IMG/VR virus record: IMGVR_UViG_3300022741_000004
Span: 1 to 25,437 of that record
Reading direction: 5' to 3' (one strand)
DNA from: a virus
Lineage: Duplodnaviria > Caudoviricetes
DNA length: 25,437 nucleotides
Below the pieces are notes generated by a model that did no database searches, was not told where the DNA came from, and was given only the letters and a program-made list of their open reading frames with translations. This document shows positions 18,095 through 25,437 of the stretch, piece after piece. Each line of letters opens with the position of its first letter. The stretch's first letter is position 1. Both the position numbers and the translations under genes were made by a program.

Positions 18095-18775
18095 TCAGAA
18101 AATTCGTTTGTAGAGCAACGGCCAAGGAATGTCGGTCATGTACGCGCCACAGTCGTATCCAGACGCCTTGCCAAGTGTGGTTTGTGTTGCTGACGTGGCG
18201 GTGAGGCTGAAACCTGTGTCCGAGAAAACAGCCATTAGCGAAATGTTGCACGCGCCGTACTCCATCTCGCCGGACACATTGCCTTGGTTGCCTGAGAACG
18301 TACCGCCGAGCAGGCTCCAGGTACTCAGAACAGGTGGCGTCACGCGGCCAAGTGAACTCGTAATCGCTGAATTGAATTGCAGTTGCGATTCAAACTGAGC
18401 AGCAACAATTCGAACATCATTGTGATGCACGGATACCCAGGAGTTATCCGATATGGGACTTTGGTAGATGCCGTCGTAACGACCACCGGCCATGACTCCA
18501 GATTGTGGAGGCTTTTCCGGAACAGATGTGGAATCTGTTGGAGTGGTGGGAACATAGGGCGAGGGGGTGTTGATCCGACATGTGTAGTTGACGTTGATGC
18601 AAGTGTCCCCGCAAGGTTTTCCCTTGCTGCACACCTTCTTCTCGTCAAATGCCTCTGTTTGGGAATAACTGCCGTTGGTTACAAATGATGTGGCCTTCCC
18701 AATCTCTTGGGCTACTCCCGCTTGGCTTGCCAGCGCGCATGTGATGCATGCTAAGAAAGGTCCCCAATTTTTCAT
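18095..18775 (-). CDS. Secreted hypothetical protein (moron) with Cys-rich microdomain
   Basis: AGGAGG RBS, signal-peptide-like MKNWGPFLACITCALASQAGVA, VCSKGKPCGDTCINVNYTC, Pro/Thr linker. Opposite strand and visibly AT-richer than its neighbours. Confidence 0.8.
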   Translation of the reverse strand: MKNWGPFLACITCALASQAGVAQEIGKATSFVTNGSYSQTEAFDEKKVCSKGKPCGDTCINVNYTCRINTPSPYVPTTPTDSTSVPEKPPQSGVMAGGRYDGIYQSPISDNSWVSVHHNDVRIVAAQFESQLQFNSAITSSLGRVTPPVLSTWSLLGGTFSGNQGNVSGEMEYGACNISLMAVFSDTGFSLTATSATQTTLGKASGYDCGAYMTDIPWPLLYKRIF

Positions 18776-18946
18776 TGCTTCCTCCTGCAAGTATCTAATT
18801 GTTGCAGGATTGGACCGTTCAGCCTCAAATTATTTGCCTTAGGCTAGCGTGTTTACTTCCTCGCCAGCTAGTTTGGCGCCGCATCGTGTTTGGCGTGCTG
18901 GTGGCGCTGCTTCGTCCACAGTGGGATGACATGGTCGCTCGGAAGA

Positions 18947-18965
18947 ATGTCCCCGCTATGTCCCC
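18947..18965. repeat. Direct repeat ATGTCCCC x2, candidate integrase arm-type sites
   Basis: ATGTCCCC at 18947-18954 and 18958-18965 (11-bp period), next to the IHF site and tRNA. Confidence 0.6.
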
Positions 18966-18984
18966 AGGCAAACCAGCAAAGACG

Positions 18985-18997
18985 CAAGCTGTTGATT
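18985..18997 (-). promoter_or_regulatory. IHF binding site in att region
   Basis: Reverse complement AATCAACAGCTTG matches WATCAANNNNTTR exactly. Confidence 0.75.
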
Positions 18998-19011
18998 TAC
19001 AAGGGAACTGC

Positions 19012-19086
19012 TGGTCCCCTCGACAGGAATCGAACCTGTATCTAGCGCTTAGGAGGCACTCGTTCTATCCATTGAACTACGAGGGG
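19012..19086 (-). tRNA. tRNA-Arg (anticodon CCT), complete with encoded CCA; probable att core
   Basis: CCCCTCG TA GTTC AATGGATA GAAC G AGTGC CTCCTAA GCGCT AGAT ACAGG TTCGATT CCTGT CGAGGGG ACCA; all four stems pair. Confidence 0.96.
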
Positions 19087-19095
19087 GTGCAGCAG

Positions 19096-19101
19096 ATTCT
19101 A
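19096..19101 (-). promoter_or_regulatory. Candidate -10 element of tRNA promoter
   Basis: TAGAAT followed by GC-rich CTGCTGCAC, 9 nt before the tRNA 5' end; no convincing -35. Confidence 0.45.
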
Positions 19102-19196
19102 GCCGCCAATTCAGACACCGCCATAGTGCTGCTGTACCATGCCGTATCATCGCATCATTCCGCGAGTGATACCGCAAACGATACGTATCACCATCC

Positions 19197-20270
19197 ATGG
19201 CAAGCATCATCCAGATCGGCGGCAGGTGGCGGGCACTGGTCAGGCGCAAGGGGCACCCATCATACTGTCAGACCTTCCCGACCAAGGCCCAGGCGCAGGC
19301 ATGGGCGCGGGGCATCGAGGCGGACATTGATCGTGGCCAGGCGCTGGCGCCCAGGACTGTTCTCGGCCGCGTGGTGCTGGTGTCGGACCTCATCGACACC
19401 TACCGCAAGCTGCGCGACAAGTCGCGGCCCATCGCGGACACGTCCAATGAGCACTACATGCTCAAGACGCTGCAGCGCCGCCTGGGCGAGCTGGACGCCG
19501 CGCGGCTCACGCCGGCGGACCTGGTGGCCTATGCCGAGGGCCGCAGGGATGAGGATGGCGCTGGCCCCTACACGATCAACATGGACATCTCCAAGCTGGG
19601 CACCGTCCTGCGCCTGGCTGGGGTACACCTCAAGATCAACCTGCCCGACGTGGTGGGCCTGGCGCGGCCGCTGCTCACGCACCTGCACCTGATCGGCGGC
19701 GGCGGCCGCCGCGAGCGGCGCCCCACCGAGGATGAGCTGCTGCGCCTGGTGGAGTGGCTGCACGCCCAGCGCGGCGAGATCTATGCCGACGTGGTGCGCT
19801 TCGCCGTGGCCACGGCCATGCGGCGCGGCGAAATCGTGCGGCTGCTGTGGGATGACCTGGATGCCGGCAAGCGGCTGGTGCTGGTGCGGGACCGCAAGGA
19901 CCCGCGCCGCAAGGCCGGCAACGATCAGTGGGTGCCGCTGCTCAACGGTGCTTGGGAGGTGGTGCAGGCCCAGGCCCGGGCGGAAGGCGAGCCGCGCATC
20001 TTCCCGGCGCATGAGCAGACCTTGAGCAAGTATTTCAAGGATGCCTGCGACGCGTTGTCTATCCCGGACCTGCATTTCCACGACCTGCGCCACGAGGGCA
20101 TATCGCGCCTGTTCGAGCAGGGATTCGACATTCCACGCGTGGCGCTCGTGAGCGGGCACAAGAGCTGGAACAATCTCAAGCGCTATGCGCAGCTGAGGCC
20201 CGAAGACCTGCACCATGGACCTGGCGGGCCTCCTGCCGCCGCTGATCCAGATAGTCCGCCACATCCCTGA
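19197..20270 (+). CDS. int: Tyrosine recombinase / phage integrase
   Basis: N-terminal arm domain WRALVRRKG...TFPTKAQAQAWA; TAMRRGEI, HFHDLRHE, VSGH, LKRY; adjacent to the tRNA. Confidence 0.96.
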   Translation: MASIIQIGGRWRALVRRKGHPSYCQTFPTKAQAQAWARGIEADIDRGQALAPRTVLGRVVLVSDLIDTYRKLRDKSRPIADTSNEHYMLKTLQRRLGELDAARLTPADLVAYAEGRRDEDGAGPYTINMDISKLGTVLRLAGVHLKINLPDVVGLARPLLTHLHLIGGGGRRERRPTEDELLRLVEWLHAQRGEIYADVVRFAVATAMRRGEIVRLLWDDLDAGKRLVLVRDRKDPRRKAGNDQWVPLLNGAWEVVQAQARAEGEPRIFPAHEQTLSKYFKDACDALSIPDLHFHDLRHEGISRLFEQGFDIPRVALVSGHKSWNNLKRYAQLRPEDLHHGPGGPPAAADPDSPPHP

Positions 20271-20439
20271 CATCGGCCCAGCGCTTGCCGTTGTCGATGT
20301 AGGTAGGGATGCCGAACGTCCCCTCGCTGATCTTGCGGCGCAGGTTGGGGGCGGTGGTCTCCAGGATGGCCGCGAGCTGGTCCAGGTTGACCCGCAGGCC
20401 GTACTTTTCGATCAGCACCATCTGGGCGAGCATGCTCAT
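20176..20439 (-). CDS. Excisionase-like / PrtN-like HTH DNA-binding protein
   Basis: VNLDQLAAILETTAPNLRRKISEGTFGIP...ADVRDVADYLD; last gene of the early operon, converging on int. Confidence 0.78.
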   Translation of the reverse strand: MSMLAQMVLIEKYGLRVNLDQLAAILETTAPNLRRKISEGTFGIPTYIDNGKRWADVRDVADYLDQRRQEARQVHGAGLRASAAHSA

Positions 20440-20588
20440 TTTTGGGGCTCCCTGCCTTGCGCGCGCACCAGCGCGCGGTATGCGTCAAGCACGGCGCGCA
20501 GATCTGCGCGCAGCTCGCGGTTCTCGTCGGCCGCCTCGCGGGCGAAGCGCTCCAGCGTTGCCCGGTCCCAGGTGCTGAAATCCGTCAT
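20436..20588 (-). CDS. Small coiled-coil hypothetical protein (50 aa)
   Basis: MTDFSTWDRATLERFAREAADENRELRADL...; GGAGG RBS; ATGA overlaps at both ends. Confidence 0.75.
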   Translation of the reverse strand: MTDFSTWDRATLERFAREAADENRELRADLRAVLDAYRALVRAQGREPQK

Positions 20589-21967
20589 CCTGGCCTCCGG
20601 GTCTTCATGGCTTCCAGCAGCAGGTCCTGCACCTCGCGCTTCGTCTCGATGCGGGCCATGACGAGCTCGTCCACGGTGTCGCGCGCGATGATGTTGTGAA
20701 TGAACACCGGGCGGTCGTGACCGGCCTGCATCTGGCGCGTGGGCCCGACACGCTCGATGATCTGCAGTCGCTCCTCCAGGTTCCACCAGTGGCCGAAGAA
20801 CACAAGGATATTCCCGCCGTCCTGCAGGTTCAGGCCGTGCCCGGCGCTGGCCGGGTGGGCGAACAGCACCGGGATCTTGCCGGCGTTCCAGTCGCGGATG
20901 GTGGCCGGGTCCTGGTCCAGCGCGCGCCCGGCAGGGAAGGCGCGCTGCAGCCGAGCCAGGTCGGATTTGAAGTGGTAGGCCACCAGCACCGGCATGCCGG
21001 CCGCCTCTTCGACGATGCTGTCTAGGGCCTGCAGCTTGGCGTCGTGCAGCTCCTTCCACTCGTCGCCGCCTTCGCCCACGTAGGCCGCGCCGTTGGCGAT
21101 CTGCAGGCACTTGATGGTCCGGGCTGCCGCGTTGAACGCCTCCACCTGATGGCTCTCGATCTCCGTGAACATGGCCTTTTCCATTTCGCGGTAGTGCTTG
21201 CGCGCCTGCATGGGCAAGTCCACGAAGATGTTGTTCACGATGGGCTCGCGCAGGTCGAACCAGTCCTTCGCGTCCACGGTCAGGCACACGTCGCGCATCA
21301 GGTCCTGGATCTCGCGCTGGGCGTGCCCCAGGGGCTCGGTGCCGTAGCCATCGTGCGATGCCTGAAACCAGCGCTGGGTGAACGCCGAGTAGGTGCGGCC
21401 CAGGCGCTGGCCCCGGTCGATGAACCAGGCCTGCCCCCAGAGGTCTTGCAGGCCGTTGGGGCTGGGCGTGCCGGTCAGCTCCACCAGGCGCCGGATCTTG
21501 CAGTGCGCCACCTGCGACAGGGCCTTGGCGCGTTGCGTGCCCTGCCGCAGTCGGAAGCCCTTGACCTTCGTGGCTTCGTCCAGCACCACGGTGCGGTAGG
21601 GCCAGCGCTCGCCCCAGTGGGCCACCAGCCAGGGCAGGTTCTCGTAGTTGATGGTGTAGACCTGCGCGGGCGTGCGCAGGGCCTGCAACCGCTCGGCCTC
21701 GCCGCCCACGATGGGCATCACGCAGATGCCGCGCAGGTGCTCCCACTTGCGGGCCTCGTCCGGCCAGGTGCTGCGCGCGACGCGCAGCGGGGCCACCACC
21801 AGCACGGGGTCGTCTTCCACGAGCTGCAGCGCGTCGATGGCGTTGAGCGTGCCGGTGGTCTTGCCCATGCCCATGCCTGCCCAGATCGCGCAGCGGTCGT
21901 GCGTGAGGATGTGATCGGTGATGAGCCGCTGGTAGGGGCGGGGGGTGAAGTGCTTGCGGGGGGTCAT
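20585..21967 (-). CDS. SNF2-family (DEAD/H-like) helicase
   Basis: PRPYQ, GMGMGKT, VVLDE, LTGTP, HPASAGHGLNLQ. ATG 21967 is coupled to the MTase stop with a GGAG RBS. Confidence 0.93.
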   Translation of the reverse strand: MTPRKHFTPRPYQRLITDHILTHDRCAIWAGMGMGKTTGTLNAIDALQLVEDDPVLVVAPLRVARSTWPDEARKWEHLRGICVMPIVGGEAERLQALRTPAQVYTINYENLPWLVAHWGERWPYRTVVLDEATKVKGFRLRQGTQRAKALSQVAHCKIRRLVELTGTPSPNGLQDLWGQAWFIDRGQRLGRTYSAFTQRWFQASHDGYGTEPLGHAQREIQDLMRDVCLTVDAKDWFDLREPIVNNIFVDLPMQARKHYREMEKAMFTEIESHQVEAFNAAARTIKCLQIANGAAYVGEGGDEWKELHDAKLQALDSIVEEAAGMPVLVAYHFKSDLARLQRAFPAGRALDQDPATIRDWNAGKIPVLFAHPASAGHGLNLQDGGNILVFFGHWWNLEERLQIIERVGPTRQMQAGHDRPVFIHNIIARDTVDELVMARIETKREVQDLLLEAMKTRRPG

Positions 21968-23025
21968 GGGGCGCACTCCATCACGGCTTCAATGAAGACG
22001 CGCGCCGCTTCCGCGTTGATGGCGTTTCCGTAGGCGCGCAGGCGTCCCACTCGGGCGGGAGACCCATGAGCCAGCGGGAATGTGCTGGGTTCAACCGGCC
22101 GCCAGCGGCCATCCCGGCAGAACAGCCAGTCAGCATCACGCCATTGGCCGTTAACCGGGCCGGTCCAAACGGCTGCGCCTCCACCGGCGCCAACTGACTC
22201 CGGCCCTCCAGAAATCTCGCCGTCCGGCCTTGCGTGACCTGGCCATCGCTCGCGAGTGGCGTTTGCCAGCCGCACAGGTGCACCGCTATGCCCGCTGTGC
22301 TTATTTGGGGATCTGTCGGCTTTCGATTCCCAATCACTGGCGGTCTGGGCTTCGCGTCCACTATGGTGCTGTTTGGCGTCGGCCAGGCCGCCAACGCCCC
22401 GGCCATTGCCAAGCACATCCCCCCCTCCCTGCCGGCCCCCTTCTGCGCCCCTTTTGTGTTGTTCACCAGCGGTGTGGGCCAGCCGCGCAGCAGCTCCATG
22501 GGCACCCATACCCCGTCTATCTCGACGGCTTGCGCCCCAGTAGAGCCGGTCCCGGATGTGCGGAGCACCGACGCCCGCAGCCGGAAACGGGACCGCCCCG
22601 AAGCTGTAACCCAGGGCTTCCATGTCATCTTGTACAAGGTCGATCCAAGGATTTGCATCTTTGCTCGCAACCTGTTCTCCAAGGACCTCTGCAGGGAGTC
22701 TTTGGCTGATGAGGTGGTGGAAGAACGGCCAGAGGTGCCGCTTGTCAGCAAACCCAGTTCCCCGGCCTGCCTCGGAGAAAGGTTGGCACGGGCAGGAACC
22801 GGACCAAACAGGTCTGTCATCTGGCCATCCAGCGAGCCGAAGGGCGTAGGACCAGACTCCCACGCCGGCAAAGAAGTGGCACTGTGCGTATCCGTCAAGG
22901 TCGCTAGGTCGAACATCCTCAATGCTCCTGTCGTCAACATCGCCGGGCGCAATGTGGCCCGAGGCGATCAGGTTGCGCAGCCACTGGGCTGCAAATTTGT
23001 CGATTTCGTTGTAGTAGGCGGTCAC
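21964..23025 (-). CDS. C5 cytosine DNA methyltransferase, catalytic (alpha-like) polypeptide
   Basis: HFFAGVG (I), GSCPCQPFS (IV), EQV (VI variant), PHIRDR (VIII), LRAYGNAI (X). GTG 23025 is coupled to the upstream stop. Confidence 0.9.
   Translation of the reverse strand: MTAYYNEIDKFAAQWLRNLIASGHIAPGDVDDRSIEDVRPSDLDGYAQCHFFAGVGVWSYALRLAGWPDDRPVWSGSCPCQPFSEAGRGTGFADKRHLWPFFHHLISQRLPAEVLGEQVASKDANPWIDLVQDDMEALGYSFGAVPFPAAGVGAPHIRDRLYWGASRRDRRGMGAHGAAARLAHTAGEQHKRGAEGGRQGGGDVLGNGRGVGGLADAKQHHSGREAQTASDWESKADRSPNKHSGHSGAPVRLANATRERWPGHARPDGEISGGPESVGAGGGAAVWTGPVNGQWRDADWLFCRDGRWRPVEPSTFPLAHGSPARVGRLRAYGNAINAEAARVFIEAVMECAP
21981..22916 (-). CDS. Nested alternative-frame MTase partner (beta-like) polypeptide with motif IX and W(P/Q)TP repeats
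   Basis: Over 300 codons open inside the MTase gene; AGGAG RBS 8 nt before ATG 22916; GWPTP/AWPTP/GWQTP; [17 protein letters not shown]. Start uncertain. Confidence 0.72.
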   Translation of the reverse strand: MFDLATLTDTHSATSLPAWESGPTPFGSLDGQMTDLFGPVPARANLSPRQAGELGLLTSGTSGRSSTTSSAKDSLQRSLENRLRAKMQILGSTLYKMTWKPWVTASGRSRFRLRASVLRTSGTGSTGAQAVEIDGVWVPMELLRGWPTPLVNNTKGAQKGAGREGGMCLAMAGALAAWPTPNSTIVDAKPRPPVIGNRKPTDPQISTAGIAVHLCGWQTPLASDGQVTQGRTARFLEGRSQLAPVEAQPFGPARLTANGVMLTGCSAGMAAGGRLNPAHSRWLMGLPPEWDACAPTETPSTRKRRASSLKP

Positions 23026-23264
23026 GCTGCGCCCTCCGGGTGCGGGCAGTCCGCTGGCACGTCCACGACACACCAGACGGCTACGTACTTCTTCGAGCCG
23101 CTGCGCGCGGGCCGCCAGCGGTCGATGTAGGCGTCGGGCATGCTGCGCAGCGAGCGGACCAGGTTGCCCGCGTCAACGCCGACGCGCTGCTCAAGCTCGG
23201 AGCAGGATGCGCCATCGGTGCCGCGCAGGGCTTTGCGGAGTGCCTCGTGGTTGGATTTACGCAT
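23022..23264 (-). CDS. Small winged-HTH-like hypothetical protein
   Basis: GASCSELEQRVGVDAGNLVRSLRSM followed by a beta hairpin; overlaps both neighbours in the operon. Confidence 0.7.
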   Translation of the reverse strand: MRKSNHEALRKALRGTDGASCSELEQRVGVDAGNLVRSLRSMPDAYIDRWRPARSGSKKYVAVWCVVDVPADCPHPEGAA

Positions 23265-23568
23265 CGCGGTTCTCCAGCAGCCGGTCGATGCCGGCCTCGT
23301 CGTCGATGACGTGCACCACGGCGCCGGCAGCGCGCATGCGCTCGTGCTGGCGCGCCTGCTCGGGGCGCGGGCGCTGACCCTTGCGCTTGAGCTCCACGAA
23401 CTCGGGCGCGCGGCCGGGCAGCATCACCACGCGGTCGGGCACGCCGCGGCGTCCCGGGCTGGTGAACTTCCACGCCAGGCCGCCAGCGGCTTCCACGCGC
23501 TTGACCAGCGCGCGCTCCACGTCGCGCTCGCGGGGGGTCATGAAGAGGTGGTCGATGTCGGGTTTCAC
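23257..23568 (-). CDS. VRR-NUC domain nuclease
   Basis: ERDVERAL...WKFTSPGRRGVPDRVV...FVELKR...Q, a PD-(D/E)xK motif. Confidence 0.92.
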   Translation of the reverse strand: MKPDIDHLFMTPRERDVERALVKRVEAAGGLAWKFTSPGRRGVPDRVVMLPGRAPEFVELKRKGQRPRPEQARQHERMRAAGAVVHVIDDEAGIDRLLENRDA

Positions 23569-23771
23569 GACACGTCCTCAAAGTCGTCGACAGACGCCAC
23601 GCGGCCACAGGCATGGATCTTGTTGTCGTCGCCCAGCAGAACCCAGCGCTCGCCGGTGTGGTGCCAGCGCACATCGCGGGTGCCACAGTACTTGCATGCC
23701 GGGCGCGGCTCGCGGAACCGACCATGCGGGCCGTACACGATCTGGTGTTCGTTGTCGTCGAAGTAACTCAT
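23565..23771 (-). CDS. Small putative zinc-binding protein
   Basis: CKYCG...HAC; fills the operon between the polymerase and VRR-NUC genes. Confidence 0.7.
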   Translation of the reverse strand: MSYFDDNEHQIVYGPHGRFREPRPACKYCGTRDVRWHHTGERWVLLGDDNKIHACGRVASVDDFEDVS

Positions 23772-23774
23772 GGC

Positions 23775-25437
23775 TCAGTCCTTCTTGTACCTGTCGGTTT
23801 CAAAGCCCGCGGCAGCCAGCGGCATGCCCGGCGCCCAGGGCGGGTTGGTGGCGAGCAGGCTGGCCAGGTGGTCGGCGCTGTAGTCCGAGGTGTCGGGGGC
23901 TTCGGTGATCACTTCGTCGTGGACGGTGAGCACGATGGAGTAGCCCGCATCCTCGATGGTGGGCATGTTGTGGGCCATCACGTCGCGCGCGACGGACTGG
24001 CACACGTTCTCGAAGAGCTTGCCGCCGTAGGTGCCCAACCGGCTCCACTTCCGGGAATACTGGTTGTTGCCCATGTAGCTCAACTTGCCGCCGATCACCT
24101 GGGGCGACGGGTAGCACATGACCGCGCCCGAGGGCAGGCCGATGCGCAGCCAGTTGCCGTCGCGCCGGGCCTTGAGCATGCCGATGCGCACCGTCTGGCC
24201 GGGCCACTCGATGGCCTGCGTGACACCGCCCTGCAGCTCGGCCCAGTAGCCGGCGACGGCCTTGTGCGCGCTGCGCCAGCCCAGCTTGAACGACTCGCAC
24301 ACCAGCCAGGCCAGATCGGTCAGGCCCAGGTCGCTCGGTGGGTTGCGGCCTTGGTCGCGGTGCCACTGCAGCATGATGTGCGCCTGGCCCATCGTCTCAG
24401 CGGGGATGGCGCGCGCGGCCTGCTTCGCCAGGACCTCCAGGTCGATGCCGTAGGCCGCCGCGAAGGTCACGAACGCGCCCACGCCGCCCTCATATCCCAG
24501 GGCCAGCTCCTGCACCTTGCCGACCTGGCGCTGGTCCTTTGTCACGTCGTCCGGCTTCACGCCGAAGGACTTGCCGTAGGCCATCTTGTAGAGGTCTGGA
24601 CCGGTGCCGGCGTCGAAGTCGCGGAAGGCCTTGAGCTTCCACTGCTCGCCCGCCAGCCAGGCCTGATCCCGGCCCTCGATGTTGGACAAGTCGGCCACCA
24701 CCAGCTTGCAGCCAGGGCGGGCGACGAGCGTGCCGCGGATGGCAGAGCTGGCCAGCTCCATGACGTTGCTGTAGAGCAGGTCCGCGCAGCGCGCCTTCAT
24801 TGCGGCGATGCCCAAGTCGATGTCCTCCTGCGCGAGCACGGGGCGCGGCAGGTTCTGCGGCTGGAACAGGCGGCCGGCCCAGCGCCGGGTGCGGCTGGCA
24901 CCCGAGAACTGCAGCGTGCCGCGCAGCCGGCCGTCGGCGCTGGTGGCGCGCGCCAGGGTCTTGTACTTGGCCGTGCTGGAGGTGCTGGCCTGCAGCCGGA
25001 TGCCCAGAAGCTCGCGCAGCGCGGGCGGCAGGTCGGGATCTGCGATGCGGCGCTCCAGCGTCGCCATCTGCGTGTCGGGCAGATCCACGCCGTGCTCCTC
25101 CAGCACGAAGGCCAGCAGCTTGTCGCGCTTGGTGGTGCTCTCCACCTGGCCGGCGGTCAGCTCCTGCGTGCGGGTGGCCAGCACCGCCTGGGCCGATTCG
25201 ACCGAGGCGATGGCTGCGGACACCAGATCCAGGTCCACGGCGACGCCCCGGTCGTTGATGCGCTGGTCTAGGTGCCACAGCGCCAGCTCGGCGCCCTTGT
25301 AGTTCCAGGTTGGCAGCTTGGCGTGCACGGCGCGCATGGCGGCGATGTCCAGGGCGGCGTACTCCACGAAGCGCGCCCACTCGATGGGGTGCGTCTCGCG
25401 CGTGGCGCGGCGGATCTTGCTGTTCTTGGGGCGGGGC
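23775..25437 (-). CDS. Family A DNA polymerase (N-terminus beyond window)
   Basis: Motif A VVADLSNIEGR, motif B RQVGKVQELALGY, motif C TVHDEV, ExoIII-like EYAALD; frame stays open to the window end. Confidence 0.95.
   Translation of the reverse strand, partial: PRPKNSKIRRATRETHPIEWARFVEYAALDIAAMRAVHAKLPTWNYKGAELALWHLDQRINDRGVAVDLDLVSAAIASVESAQAVLATRTQELTAGQVESTTKRDKLLAFVLEEHGVDLPDTQMATLERRIADPDLPPALRELLGIRLQASTSSTAKYKTLARATSADGRLRGTLQFSGASRTRRWAGRLFQPQNLPRPVLAQEDIDLGIAAMKARCADLLYSNVMELASSAIRGTLVARPGCKLVVADLSNIEGRDQAWLAGEQWKLKAFRDFDAGTGPDLYKMAYGKSFGVKPDDVTKDQRQVGKVQELALGYEGGVGAFVTFAAAYGIDLEVLAKQAARAIPAETMGQAHIMLQWHRDQGRNPPSDLGLTDLAWLVCESFKLGWRSAHKAVAGYWAELQGGVTQAIEWPGQTVRIGMLKARRDGNWLRIGLPSGAVMCYPSPQVIGGKLSYMGNNQYSRKWSRLGTYGGKLFENVCQSVARDVMAHNMPTIEDAGYSIVLTVHDEVITEAPDTSDYSADHLASLLATNPPWAPGMPLAAAGFETDRYKKD

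Noticed and set aside
19012-19086. tRNA as an amber suppressor explaining the tail tube TAG
   Set aside because: The 7-nt loop CTCCTAA centres on CCT (Arg); the CTA triplet is out of register.
18799-19692. 297-aa ORF crossing the tRNA and int
   Set aside because: Includes the antisense translation of the tRNA (WSPRQESNLYLALRRHSFYPLNY) and an off-frame part of int; an artefact.
20436-21746. 436-aa alternative-frame ORF inside the helicase
   Set aside because: Arg/Pro/Gly-rich off-frame read; only the last 50 codons (from ATG 20588) look like a real gene.
22234-23130. 298-aa + strand ORF opposite the dual-coded MTase
   Set aside because: No motifs or operon context; most simply an antisense shadow of a constrained region.
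23613-25271. 552-aa + strand ORF
   Set aside because: Antisense shadow of the DNA polymerase; no recognisable motifs.
1-25437. CRISPR array, diversity-generating retroelement or invertible tail-fibre cassette
   Set aside because: By eye I found no spaced repeats, reverse transcriptase, TR/VR pair or inverted fibre cassettes; the only recombinase sits next to a tRNA att site.

Overview
A continuous piece of a GC-rich temperate HK97-fold siphophage, probably of a betaproteobacterial host (inferred from gene style only). The + strand runs from an HNH remnant and probable cos region through terminase, portal, ClpP-type prohead protease, capsid, neck, tail tube, frameshifted G/GT chaperones, tape measure and four small tail-tip genes to holin, GH108 endolysin and embedded spanins. 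Next come an AT-richer reverse-strand moron, an att region holding a complete tRNA-Arg(CCT) with an IHF site, and a tyrosine integrase. The - strand early/replication operon follows: Xis-like HTH, SNF2 helicase, C5 methyltransferase, VRR-NUC and a family A DNA polymerase cut by the window edge. Phage genes flank the att site on both sides, which suggests the excised/attP configuration. Three signals stand out. (1) An amber TAG lies in the middle of an otherwise intact C-terminal InlB-B-repeat-like domain of the tail tube gene. (2) A C5 methyltransferase is split over two nested same-strand frames, with permuted N-terminal motifs. (3) The att site carries a whole tRNA with a candidate promoter.
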